A stretch of DNA of 35,888 nt from a virus (Duplodnaviria; Caudoviricetes). The notes beneath the pieces were generated by a model that saw nothing but the letters and a program-made list of their open reading frames with translations, was not told where the DNA came from and ran no database searches. Where the stretch lies: positions 1-35,888 of IMG/VR virus record IMGVR_UViG_3300030613_000136. One strand, given 5' to 3'. Position numbers and translations under genes: made by a program. This document shows, in pieces, positions 27,268-35,248 of the stretch. Position 1 is the stretch's first letter. Every line of letters begins with the position of its first letter.

Positions 27268-27966
27268 CTACTTTTTGCGTGCTTCGGCGACGTCTGAGCT
27301 ATTTCGAGCGAATTTCACTTTCGAGTGATCGCAGAAGCAGAGATCGTCAAACAAACAGCAAAAGAAGTCAGAAAGGCTGAACGAATCATACAACTTTCTA
27401 ATCTTGACTTTGTCTATTTCGCGATTGATCGTTCGCTCGTAAAACACCTTCTTGCACTTCTTCCACTTCGTTTCTTCAAGCTCGACGTGATCGACGATCC
27501 TGATTGGAAGTTGAGCGAGTTCACTCCAACGAGTAAACTCGAGTCCCCAAGGAATTTTGCTGTTGGGATTCTCTCCGTTGCAGCCTAACGATACGCTCAC
27601 ACTAGGCTTTTTTATTTTTCCATAGTTGTTTATTTCAATCAACTTGCTCAGGACTATCGCGCTCACGTCTTTCATTTCTGAAAGATCTGGATTTTTTGTT
27701 GTCTGCCATTCTTCAAGGTTGTTAGAAAAAGATCTACCCGTTCCAGTCACGAGAGAGATAGCTAGTCGAAGATCTGGAGACATATTTCTCATAATGCAAA
27801 AAAGATCTTCGAGTTTGACTTCACCGACGAGTTCAAAAGAAGATCGCCAATGTCTAAGAAAAGTGATGTTTAACTTCATCTTTACGTATTTTTCTCTCTT
27901 GCAAGACCAAACCCAAAAATCATTTTTGTCGAGCAACACTTCTTCTCCGCGTTCTCTGTCGTTCAT
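27268..27966 (-). CDS. Hypothetical protein
   Basis: Long ORF; ATGA overlap sets start at 27966. Confidence 0.65.
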   Translation of the reverse strand: MNDRERGEEVLLDKNDFWVWSCKREKYVKMKLNITFLRHWRSSFELVGEVKLEDLFCIMRNMSPDLRLAISLVTGTGRSFSNNLEEWQTTKNPDLSEMKDVSAIVLSKLIEINNYGKIKKPSVSVSLGCNGENPNSKIPWGLEFTRWSELAQLPIRIVDHVELEETKWKKCKKVFYERTINREIDKVKIRKLYDSFSLSDFFCCLFDDLCFCDHSKVKFARNSSDVAEARKK

Positions 27967-28415
27967 CTGTTTCCTTTCACTCTCACACCAAAAAATCTGC
28001 CAGAGCTTGACTTCCACACTTTTTTCAATCTCTTAGACTCTATTATTCTCACGCCATGTTCTTTTTTGTTTCTTTTAGAATTAGACGAATCGAAAACGAT
28101 GAAATTATTTCCGATCAGACCGCCTATGACCATCCAGTGTTGCATATTGTTGCTACAAACAATCACTGGAAATCCGAAGCACAACGAATTCATCGCAAAG
28201 TCGTTGGCGACGTTCCAGTCTGTCGTGTCGACAATTTCGTATTCGAACTTGAATTCTTTCAACGCAGTCGTGATACCTAAATCGCCAGTTCCATCTTTCT
28301 TCGTAGTCATTGTAAATTTTTTTACAACATTTTCAGAAAGATTTCTACGAAAGCATTTTGCCGCGTTCATTATCGCGATGACGCCGCAAGAATACGAATT
28401 CTTCTGCAATCTCAA
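27963..28415 (-). CDS. C39-like cysteine peptidase
   Basis: Q...YSCG, GT, HWMV, FD. Confidence 0.8.
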   Translation of the reverse strand: MRLQKNSYSCGVIAIMNAAKCFRRNLSENVVKKFTMTTKKDGTGDLGITTALKEFKFEYEIVDTTDWNVANDFAMNSLCFGFPVIVCSNNMQHWMVIGGLIGNNFIVFDSSNSKRNKKEHGVRIIESKRLKKVWKSSSGRFFGVRVKGNR

Positions 28416-28419
28416 AAAT

Positions 28420-28536
28420 TCAGTCCTCGCAGCATTTCTTTTTTCTAGTTTTTTCGTTGTTCAACTTCACGAGACCGCATCTTCGGCAGACAAGCCACGG
28501 AAAAACCTTGTGCAAAATTTCATACACGTGTTTCAT
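28420..28536 (-). CDS. 38-aa Zn-finger-like protein (absent from ORF track)
   Basis: MKHVYEILHKVFPWLVCRRCGLVKLNNEKTRKKKCCED; ATGA overlap, fills the gap. Confidence 0.65.
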   Translation of the reverse strand: MKHVYEILHKVFPWLVCRRCGLVKLNNEKTRKKKCCED

Positions 28537-28940
28537 CGCTTCACTTTCTTAGTCGAAAGATTGACTGTCGGATTGAACTCCCAGCGTGTTACGTTGTCAA
28601 ACCCTGCGCATCTCAGCACAGAAACCATGTCGTCACCACGCTCTTTGTTCTTGCTGTGGACTATTATTTGACGTGGTCTCAAATCTTTTGGCATTTCGAT
28701 CATGAACATACACACGTCCATGCCGTTAGCTTCTAAATCACAGTCTGGGCCTTGCAAGACAGAAACATATTTGAAATTGTTAAGATCGTGATCTAACATG
28801 ACGCAGTCGAATTTGCTTGACGCCAACGCTGCTATACACTCATCGAAAGTGCGAGTCGTTGTAACATCATGTGTGTCGCTGAGTTGTTCTACGAAATACG
28901 CGTGACGAAAATCATCGTCGTCAAGAACAAGAATTTTCAT
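28533..28940 (-). CDS. Stand-alone receiver domain, cyclic-phosphate-processing (cREC) type
   Basis: ILVLDD...R, LDHDL, NG.DV, IIVHS.N...G..M. Confidence 0.78.
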   Translation of the reverse strand: MKILVLDDDDFRHAYFVEQLSDTHDVTTTRTFDECIAALASSKFDCVMLDHDLNNFKYVSVLQGPDCDLEANGMDVCMFMIEMPKDLRPRQIIVHSKNKERGDDMVSVLRCAGFDNVTRWEFNPTVNLSTKKVKR

Positions 28941-28941
28941 A

Positions 28942-29012
28942 TGACCTCGGCGAGGTTCGAACTCGCATTCACGGCTTGAAGGGCCGTTATCCTGCCGTTA
29001 GATGACGAGGCC
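28942..29012 (-). tRNA. tRNA-Glu(UUC), C33 variant, no encoded CCA
   Basis: Acceptor GGCCTCG/CGAGGTC; D-stem ATCT/GGAT (U11-A24, U13.G22); AC arm ACGGC-CCTTCAA-GCCGT; 4-nt variable loop; T arm GCGAG-TTCGAAC-CTCGC. Confidence 0.88.
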
Positions 29013-29084
29013 AAAAGACGCTGCGTAGTTTGAGTCGACATCGTCAAATGTTGTTCCTCATTTCCGTAGCGTCCATTGATAACT

Positions 29085-29098
29085 ATTGTACTACGGAA
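29085..29098 (-). promoter_or_regulatory. Variant promoter motif TTCCGTAGTACAAT between the tRNAs
   Basis: 12/14 match to the recurrent motif; followed by GTTATCA as at the 23723 copy. Confidence 0.5.
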
Positions 29099-29129
29099 TT
29101 TCAGAATTTGATTTTGTCGTATGTCGAAG

Positions 29130-29202
29130 TGCTAGCTGAAGGATTCGAACCTTCATCGTGTCGATTACAGATCGACAGCTTTGCCATTTAAGCTAAACTA
29201 GC
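29130..29202 (-). tRNA. tRNA-Thr(UGU), C33 variant, no encoded CCA
   Basis: Acceptor GCTAGTT/AGCTAGC (C2-G71); D-stem GCTT/AAGC; AC arm GTCGA-TCTGTAA-TCGAC; T arm GAAGG-TTCGAAT-CCTTC. Confidence 0.88.
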
Positions 29203-29651
29203 ATTAGCAACGGAAAAACTTCGTTCTCTTTGTCAAGCGATTTTAAGTAGAATTTCCCGTGACGATCGACCAAGAAAACGTGCTTTTTCAAATCGTTGTA
29301 ATGAGATATCGTGTTCTCTGTTCCTCCCGTCCTGTCATCGTGGACTAAGGCGAAACCAACGTCTGAATTTTCAGCTATCGTAAGGTTTCTAGCGTACGCA
29401 GCTTTCGCGTATTCCCAGCGTGAAACATATGTCACTTTTGGAACAGGAAATTCTAGAAGTTCAACGTGAAAAGATTTTGCCGCGCTAGCTGCGAAGTTGT
29501 CTGCTCCTTTCTTGCATGCACCAGACACGACAACTATTTTTCTTTTCGTGTCAACGTCTTTCATCATCGAGACGATCGAAAAGACAATCCTCATGTCTTG
29601 AAGACTGTCTCTTCGTCTGCTTCCGACTATTCCAATTCGCAGAATACTCAA
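29193..29651 (-). CDS. SLOG-superfamily (DprA/YspA-like) protein
   Basis: IGIVGSR, VSGAC.KGAD..A, ARN..IA..SD, GGT.NTI. Confidence 0.82.
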   Translation of the reverse strand: MSILRIGIVGSRRRDSLQDMRIVFSIVSMMKDVDTKRKIVVVSGACKKGADNFAASAAKSFHVELLEFPVPKVTYVSRWEYAKAAYARNLTIAENSDVGFALVHDDRTGGTENTISHYNDLKKHVFLVDRHGKFYLKSLDKENEVFPLLMLV

Positions 29652-29974
29652 TACACTTTCACAATCTTGAACTGTTGTTCTTTGCTTCTGAGATCAACGT
29701 ACAATATTCCGTCTTCGTATGCAGCTTGAGAATCACAGATCACAAAATCAGGTCCAAAGCTAGACGCTGGAAAATCTAGAATTTCATTTTCTGCCGATTC
29801 AGGCGTTTTCAATGAACGGTATTTGACCCTTAGAAGTTTATCGTCGTAAGAAACTTCGATGTCTTTCTTTTTTACGCCAGGGATGTAAAGTTTGAGCGTT
29901 ACAATGTTGTCGATACGATCAATATCGTAATTCACTTCAGTACCAACTTTCTCGTAGTAACTCCAGAATTTCAT
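29648..29974 (-). CDS. Hsp20/alpha-crystallin small heat-shock protein
   Basis: PGVKKKDIEV, A.YEDGIL.V. Confidence 0.85.
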   Translation of the reverse strand: MKFWSYYEKVGTEVNYDIDRIDNIVTLKLYIPGVKKKDIEVSYDDKLLRVKYRSLKTPESAENEILDFPASSFGPDFVICDSQAAYEDGILYVDLRSKEQQFKIVKVY

Positions 29975-29986
29975 GTTAATTTCCTT

Positions 29987-30406
29987 TCAAGCTTCGTTTT
30001 GCGTTTTCGCCCATGATACATACTTCTTTAATTCTTTGTCTTCTACGTCGTCCACTATCTCGCCTTTCACGAACATGTTATAGCTGTCTGCTCCGTACTT
30101 TCCGATTCCCGGCAACTCTTTCACGTCATCGAATCCGCGCAGAAATGCCTTGCTCATCTCGATTAACGCAGAGGCCCGTCGGTTATAAAAACCAATTGGC
30201 CTTAGGATTTCCACCACATCTCCTATTTCAGCAGTACAGAGGGCCTCGGGGGTGGACCACGACTCAAGGATGTTAAGCATCACAGGCAAGGCTGCCACTG
30301 ACGACGTCTTGTTGAGCAAGATCACCACGACTAACAGTTTCCAAGGTTGGTCACGAAGAAATTCCTGGACTAGAGAATACGGAGAAATTTCAAGAGGAGT
30401 TTTCAA
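29987..30406 (-). CDS. HhH-GPD DNA glycosylase, MBD4-like
   Basis: PWKLLV.VILLNKT, LPGIGKYGADSY..F, DKEL..Y. Confidence 0.85.
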   Translation of the reverse strand: MKTPLEISPYSLVQEFLRDQPWKLLVVVILLNKTSSVAALPVMLNILESWSTPEALCTAEIGDVVEILRPIGFYNRRASALIEMSKAFLRGFDDVKELPGIGKYGADSYNMFVKGEIVDDVEDKELKKYVSWAKTQNEA

Positions 30407-30888
30407 ACTCGCCTCTTCATCATAGACTCTATGACTTTGAATTTGTCTTTTCTAGAGATCCTGTCTAAAAATGTTTTACCGTTCAAGTGGTCGCACTCGT
30501 GTTGTAAAACGAAAGCGTTGAAATTTGCTGCGCTCAAATTGTGACTGACGAATCTTTCGTCATAATATTCGCAATCGACTGACAAACTCCTGTCGATTGC
30601 CAAGGTTATTCCCGGGAAAGACAAACAACCTTCGCTGCTCAATCTCGTTTCTCCGTTGAGATATATCGTGGGATTGATCAACATTGGAGGCAGAAGTGTG
30701 TGTCTTTCATCTACAACGATGACTGATTTCATGATTCCTATTTGGTTCGCTGCCAAAGCAACACCGTTTTTCGAGTGCATGATTTCCATCATCTCTTCTA
30801 CGATCTTATTCAAGTCTTTGTCGACTTCGAAATTCCACTTGTTCGTTGGAGTCGACAAAGACTTGTTTGGATATCTTAAGATCTTCAT
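30403..30888 (-). CDS. def: Peptide deformylase
   Basis: GVALAANQIG, EGCLS, QHECDHLNG. Confidence 0.95.
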   Translation of the reverse strand: MKILRYPNKSLSTPTNKWNFEVDKDLNKIVEEMMEIMHSKNGVALAANQIGIMKSVIVVDERHTLLPPMLINPTIYLNGETRLSSEGCLSFPGITLAIDRSLSVDCEYYDERFVSHNLSAANFNAFVLQHECDHLNGKTFLDRISRKDKFKVIESMMKRRV

Positions 30889-31367
30889 TTGATGCTTTCT
30901 AACTTTGAAATGACAGTTTCAAGCTTTGCAACCACATCTCCTCCTGTTGCATCGTCACTCGCTCTAGCTATCTGGCAAATGAGTTCAAGACTGTCGACAG
31001 ACCACTTGATCACAGACAGAACTTGTTTTGCCATTCTGAACGCTTCGTTATTACCCCAACCGCACATCCAAGAAGTGTAACGAGTGCTTCCTTGTTCGTA
31101 AGGGTTCTGCGATTCAGGAAATCCTTTTTCAGAAGCGTATTCACCAGCATGAATGTCCATGACTATTTCGTTCAAACTGTCGAACTTTTTCGTGACAAAA
31201 TCCAAAGCAGAAAGCGTTTCCATCAACTTATTTTCTGCTTTTTCACGTTTCGACTTCTCTTCTCTCAAACTTTCGTTTACTTTGTGAAAGCAGTTGATGC
31301 AAGTCTCAAGCTGAACTTCCACACGTGAAGACAGCTCAGACGCGCAATACGAACAAACGTTTTTCAT
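30885..31367 (-). CDS. Hypothetical protein: Zn finger, coiled coil, Rmf-like motif
   Basis: CSYC/CINC; G..A...G.....NPY......W..GW. Confidence 0.6.
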   Translation of the reverse strand: MKNVCSYCASELSSRVEVQLETCINCFHKVNESLREEKSKREKAENKLMETLSALDFVTKKFDSLNEIVMDIHAGEYASEKGFPESQNPYEQGSTRYTSWMCGWGNNEAFRMAKQVLSVIKWSVDSLELICQIARASDDATGGDVVAKLETVISKLESIK

Positions 31368-31708
31368 TGAAGAACTCCGCCGCTTGATCTGCTTGTCAAC
31401 TCACTTTTCAACAGATCATTTTCGCATTGCAGATTCACTACAAAATCTTGCAACTTGATGTTTGCGTTCATAAGCTCGATCGATTTGCTCTCGAGTTCTT
31501 CAAACCTTTCCTCGCATGAAGTCAACGTGTTTTTAAACTCTTCGCGTTCAGAAACTAAAAAAGCGTGGTCACTTTTCAACTGCTTCAATTCTTCTTCGAG
31601 ATTGTCAGAGCGATTAGCCATCTCGATAATTTTTGTGACTTGTTCGTCATAACACTCTTGTAAAAACTTGTAAACTCTAGTCGATGCTATTAGTCTGTCG
31701 AATATCAT
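31364..31708 (-). CDS. Coiled-coil hypothetical protein
   Basis: Heptad E/L-rich; ATGA overlaps. Confidence 0.7.
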   Translation of the reverse strand: MIFDRLIASTRVYKFLQECYDEQVTKIIEMANRSDNLEEELKQLKSDHAFLVSEREEFKNTLTSCEERFEELESKSIELMNANIKLQDFVVNLQCENDLLKSELTSRSSGGVLQ

Positions 31709-32046
31709 TGTTCCTCCATACTTGACGATTCATCGTCACACTTTCCGTAACGCTTTATTCTGATTTGGTCTATGACAGCGACATTCAATAATCCGATGTC
31801 GTTAGGCTCGTCGATCAATCTTTGACCAAATCTTTCATTCACTGTGCAAAGAAGACCATCCCACTTAATGACAAACAAGTTTGAAGAATGCCAATTGTGA
31901 GGATTAGTCAACCACTTTCTAGCATCTTCGATGGTGCTTAAGTTTTTTCCAAACTCTTCTGGCAGAGGTTCGAAATCTTCCTTGCGAATGATTTTCTTCG
32001 ACACGACTTCTTTTGACTCGTCAAAGAACAATATTCTTTTAACCAT
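31705..32046 (-). CDS. Hypothetical protein
   Basis: ORF; ATG 32046 preferred. Confidence 0.6.
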   Translation of the reverse strand: MVKRILFFDESKEVVSKKIIRKEDFEPLPEEFGKNLSTIEDARKWLTNPHNWHSSNLFVIKWDGLLCTVNERFGQRLIDEPNDIGLLNVAVIDQIRIKRYGKCDDESSSMEEQ

Positions 32047-32110
32047 GACGTACCCGTTTAACAAACATAACAAAAGTCAGTTTCATCGCGTGAACGCGCT
32101 GTTTGTTCAT
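32039..32110 (-). CDS. Possible 23-aa peptide
   Basis: MNKQRVHAMKLTFVMFVKRVRHG after TGATATAAT and an AAAGG SD; its stop overlaps the next start. Confidence 0.35.
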   Translation of the reverse strand: MNKQRVHAMKLTFVMFVKRVRHG

Positions 32111-32132
32111 AGCTGTTGCCTTTCTTTACGAA

Positions 32133-32141
32133 ATTATATCA
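32133..32141 (-). promoter_or_regulatory. Extended -10 promoter TGATATAAT (approximate)
   Basis: Perfect TGnTATAAT in an intergenic gap. Confidence 0.55.
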
Positions 32142-32146
32142 CTGAT

Positions 32147-32374
32147 TTACTTCGTATGCGGAGGAGAAAGCATTTTGCTTCTGCACTCCAAGCAATACAT
32201 TCTGTCCAAGCAACCGGCCCAATCTTCTGAGATGTCGACGCTTAGTGACAATATTCTTTGGCCGCAGTGACCGGCGCAATCGTTCATCATGTTTTCTGAC
32301 TTGTTTACTTCTTCAACTACGACTATGTCGATATCGTCGTCAGCAACGACATCGTTCGTGACAATGATCGACAT
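32147..32374 (-). CDS. Small acidic Cys-containing protein
   Basis: CAGHC...CLEC; AGGAG SD. Confidence 0.6.
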   Translation of the reverse strand: MSIIVTNDVVADDDIDIVVVEEVNKSENMMNDCAGHCGQRILSLSVDISEDWAGCLDRMYCLECRSKMLSPPHTK

Positions 32375-32414
32375 AGATATTCTCCTGTGACTGTCCTAGA
32401 ATAAGTAACTTTGA

Positions 32415-33059
32415 CTATTCGTTTCTAACGAAATCTCTCACATGTTCGATCACACCATTCGGGTCGTAACTAGTGTCGTAGTCTGACACATCCATTTCGT
32501 TTCCTCGACCTTCAGCACGACATATTTCATAGTCGATCGCAGACAACACACCTGACATTTCTTTTATACTACATCTGATACACGTAGAAAATTTATCTCC
32601 TTTCACAATTGATGTTAGATGTTCTGAACAAAGATTGATAGACAATATGACGTTAATCAATTCCTCATTTGTCAAAACAGCTAACAACTCTTTCTTGTTG
32701 TTCGTTTCTACGTTAAGCAACTCGTCAGATATGACACATAACTCAGGATGTAAATTCGTAAATTCAGAAAATGTGACAAAGACTTCTCGTCCAAGCTTTT
32801 CGTCCCACACGACCCAACCGCCTGCTTTCGCAGAACATTCTGCTATCTCTATCAACTCGTCTACGTACTGGTCTTTTCTTGGGCCCCAATTTTCGTCCCA
32901 AAATCCAGAAGGAAGTTTATCGATGTCGTGCATGTCTTTCCACAAGCTGACTTCTAATCCCTCCATCCATCCAGCGCACCAGTGATTTTCGCTTGTCTTG
33001 CTCATGAGATCCATGAGACAAGTCTGAATTTTTGTCATCGCTTCTCTTGGAATCATCAC
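32415..33059 (-). CDS. Hypothetical protein
   Basis: 214-aa ORF; MS..SE..WCAGW..GLE..LW N-terminal block. Confidence 0.7.
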   Translation of the reverse strand: MMIPREAMTKIQTCLMDLMSKTSENHWCAGWMEGLEVSLWKDMHDIDKLPSGFWDENWGPRKDQYVDELIEIAECSAKAGGWVVWDEKLGREVFVTFSEFTNLHPELCVISDELLNVETNNKKELLAVLTNEELINVILSINLCSEHLTSIVKGDKFSTCIRCSIKEMSGVLSAIDYEICRAEGRGNEMDVSDYDTSYDPNGVIEHVRDFVRNE

Positions 33060-33892
33060 GTGCTCACTTTCATGTTGCTGATGAACTTTTGCGTCACATC
33101 ATGTCTGTCTGAATCGACCTCATTCGTCACACTTCCGTCAGCAAGCACGAAATTCCAATTCACTTTGTCGTTGCTCACGAATTCGATTTCAAAAGTCGAG
33201 TTATCGGCGACAATCCAAAGCAACGACATTACTTCGCCGTTGTACTTTGGCTCATAATGATGAGACAGAACTGGGACAGGAAATGACTTTTTGCTTAAAG
33301 CGATTTCACTCAATGTCTTGAGCGCTCCTTCGCAGACAGAAACGATTCTCTCGTCATCCTTGTCCAAGAATTTCACATGTTCGATTTCTGACTTGAGAGA
33401 ATCATAAAAATCTTGTGCAGTTGAAGTCGACTCTGCGATAGACTTCTCTTTGTCTGTTGTCGAACGAACGTCGCTGCTAGGAAATCCAGCAGCGCTCAAA
33501 GCTTGATCAGCTTCTTTTTCGATTTCACATCTCGTGCATAGTCTGTCTCCGTTAGAAATATAACAAGTGCATGAAGCATTATTATCAAGCAACTTCCTGC
33601 AAGCTTCAAGAGCCTTCAATCCGACGTCTCTTGGATCGTTTGAGGCCAAACATTCGTCGACGTCCCTGTCGTTGTGGCCGACGTCAGACACGTCGGCCAA
33701 AAAACGCATGTTAACGAATTCGTATTTCTCATGAGCGCCAGCGTTAACTGGAATGTCGACGACCAGATCGTTTCCATCTCGATACACTCTAGGTCTGTCT
33801 GCGTAAAAGAATCCCCTGTCTGAAAGAGAATTCAATATGAACTTTACGCATCCATCTCTAGTTTGAAATTTCGCGTTTCTCTCGTCACTCAT
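33056..33892 (-). CDS. Hypothetical protein
   Basis: 278-aa ORF with CTC...CTRC. Confidence 0.65.
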   Translation of the reverse strand: MSDERNAKFQTRDGCVKFILNSLSDRGFFYADRPRVYRDGNDLVVDIPVNAGAHEKYEFVNMRFLADVSDVGHNDRDVDECLASNDPRDVGLKALEACRKLLDNNASCTCYISNGDRLCTRCEIEKEADQALSAAGFPSSDVRSTTDKEKSIAESTSTAQDFYDSLKSEIEHVKFLDKDDERIVSVCEGALKTLSEIALSKKSFPVPVLSHHYEPKYNGEVMSLLWIVADNSTFEIEFVSNDKVNWNFVLADGSVTNEVDSDRHDVTQKFISNMKVST

Positions 33893-33906
33893 GCTGAACT
33901 CGCTTT

Positions 33907-34197
33907 CTATGGAATCTTGATGACCAGCAAATCTCTCGCGTACGCCTCGAGCAAGACGTTCTTGAACTCATCAATCTTGTCAAAAGGCATGCCAGCCAAT
34001 CCTTTTCGCAAGACATTCACGATATACTTGCTTGACATGTCGTTGACTATACTGATCTTTCCAGCCGTGCTTGTCCAAGTTGGTTCCGCGGGCTTTGGGT
34101 TGCATTCTGCACACGTGCACGTTGTCCAGACATCACCAAAAGTGTCAACATCCTGCGTTTTCTTCGTCTTGCTAGTCTTAGTTGTCTTCTTACCCAT
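33907..34197 (-). CDS. Hypothetical protein
   Basis: AAGGA SD; CTCAEC; W....GK.....M...YI.N. Confidence 0.65.
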   Translation of the reverse strand: MGKKTTKTSKTKKTQDVDTFGDVWTTCTCAECNPKPAEPTWTSTAGKISIVNDMSSKYIVNVLRKGLAGMPFDKIDEFKNVLLEAYARDLLVIKIP

Positions 34198-34212
34198 GTG
34201 TTTTGTTTCCTT

Positions 34213-34440
34213 TCAATACTTCAGCGCTATCACTCCGTACGTCAACAACGAAGCCAAGAACATCGAAATTCCAAGCACGATCACAGCGATGCTCAAGTGT
34301 CTCAACTTTTTCTCGATCAACTTCTCAGCGATGACCTTGAAATGTTCGTTAAACGCGATCAACTCAGATTCTGCTTCGGGTCCTTCTTTCTTCGATTCAT
34401 CCGCAACGTCTTTTAAGAAATCGTTAAATCCAGTCATCAC
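34213..34440 (-). CDS. Small C-terminally anchored membrane protein
   Basis: LSIAVIVLGISMFLASLLTYGVIAL. Confidence 0.65.
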   Translation of the reverse strand: MMTGFNDFLKDVADESKKEGPEAESELIAFNEHFKVIAEKLIEKKLRHLSIAVIVLGISMFLASLLTYGVIALKY

Positions 34441-34694
34441 TTGTTCTTTCTCTTGAAATTCTTCTTCATCTCACAAATGACGTCAAGCTGCTTTTCGACG
34501 TTCGGTGTCACACGATACGTTGTCCAACGACTCACTGTCGTCCTGTGTACACCGAGTTCTGCGCTCATGCGCTTGTTATCCCATCCCAACGCGTTCTGGT
34601 AGCAACACAGGACACAACCGAAATCGATTTTGATTCCACAACCTCTGCATTCCCATCTATCACCGTTGTAAAAATAGTCTGAGCAATTAGACAT
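34437..34694 (-). CDS. XRE-type HTH protein with N-terminal Cys cluster
   Basis: MSAELGVHRTTVSRW....TP; CRGC...CVLC. Confidence 0.75.
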   Translation of the reverse strand: MSNCSDYFYNGDRWECRGCGIKIDFGCVLCCYQNALGWDNKRMSAELGVHRTTVSRWTTYRVTPNVEKQLDVICEMKKNFKRKNK

Positions 34695-34721
34695 TTCAAT
34701 GACTTCCTTTCAGTTAACTCA

Positions 34722-34735
34722 ATTGTACAACGAAA
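34722..34735 (-). promoter_or_regulatory. Putative early promoter motif TTTCGTTGTACAAT
   Basis: Intergenic; identical 14-mer at 35661. Confidence 0.62.
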
Positions 34736-34737
34736 CA

Positions 34738-34926
34738 TCAACAAATTCTCTTTTTCTTCTTGTGCTTGCGAATCAAAGCGACGACGTCTATTCCTTTCAA
34801 CACGAAAAACGTTAAGATTGGAAATGCCCACCAAGCGAATTCAACGTGAAAAACGATAGTTACTACGCATCCCATGAGCAAAGCAACAAGCAACGCTTCC
34901 ACGAGAGGATCAATTTCATTTGTCAT
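34738..34926 (-). CDS. Small two-TM membrane protein
   Basis: Two hydrophobic stretches, basic tail. Confidence 0.65.
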   Translation of the reverse strand: MTNEIDPLVEALLVALLMGCVVTIVFHVEFAWWAFPILTFFVLKGIDVVALIRKHKKKKRIC

Positions 34927-35054
34927 TTGTTGAACCTGTCTTCAATCCAAAGCCATACGAGAAATACTGGAGTGAGTGCGATTCTCAAGATAGGAATCAT
35001 TGCAATTCTTCCAGCCAATTTATGACACAGCTTAGTGTTCCATTCGTTTTTCAT
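34923..35054 (-). CDS. 43-aa membrane peptide
   Basis: MKNEWNTK...PVFLVWLWIEDRFNK; ATGA overlaps on both sides. Confidence 0.55.
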   Translation of the reverse strand: MKNEWNTKLCHKLAGRIAMIPILRIALTPVFLVWLWIEDRFNK

Positions 35055-35248
35055 TCGAGAATCCATCCGTTGCAGAACCAGTTGTACAGCCACACGAGCG
35101 CTACGGCAGCACAAAAGCAAAAAGCAAACGCGTACCATTCGTCGCCCAAAGCAAGGCAAACTCTTCTTAGCGCGATGCCGCACAAAACAAACGTGAAAAG
35201 TTTGACTGCTTGATTTCTCATGACAAACTTGACAGTTGAAATAGTCAT
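35051..35248 (-). CDS. Small two-TM membrane protein
   Basis: Hydrophobic; TGATG coupling. Confidence 0.6.
   Translation of the reverse strand: MTISTVKFVMRNQAVKLFTFVLCGIALRRVCLALGDEWYAFAFCFCAAVALVWLYNWFCNGWILE

Noticed and set aside
27963-28536. Bacteriocin/RiPP pair (C39 peptidase plus Cys-rich peptide)
   Set aside because: The peptide has no double-glycine leader and looks like a Zn finger; there is no transporter.
29130-29202. tRNA-Tyr(GUA) assignment
   Set aside because: Stem geometry centres TGT, the variable arm is short, and the acceptor stem is Thr-like.
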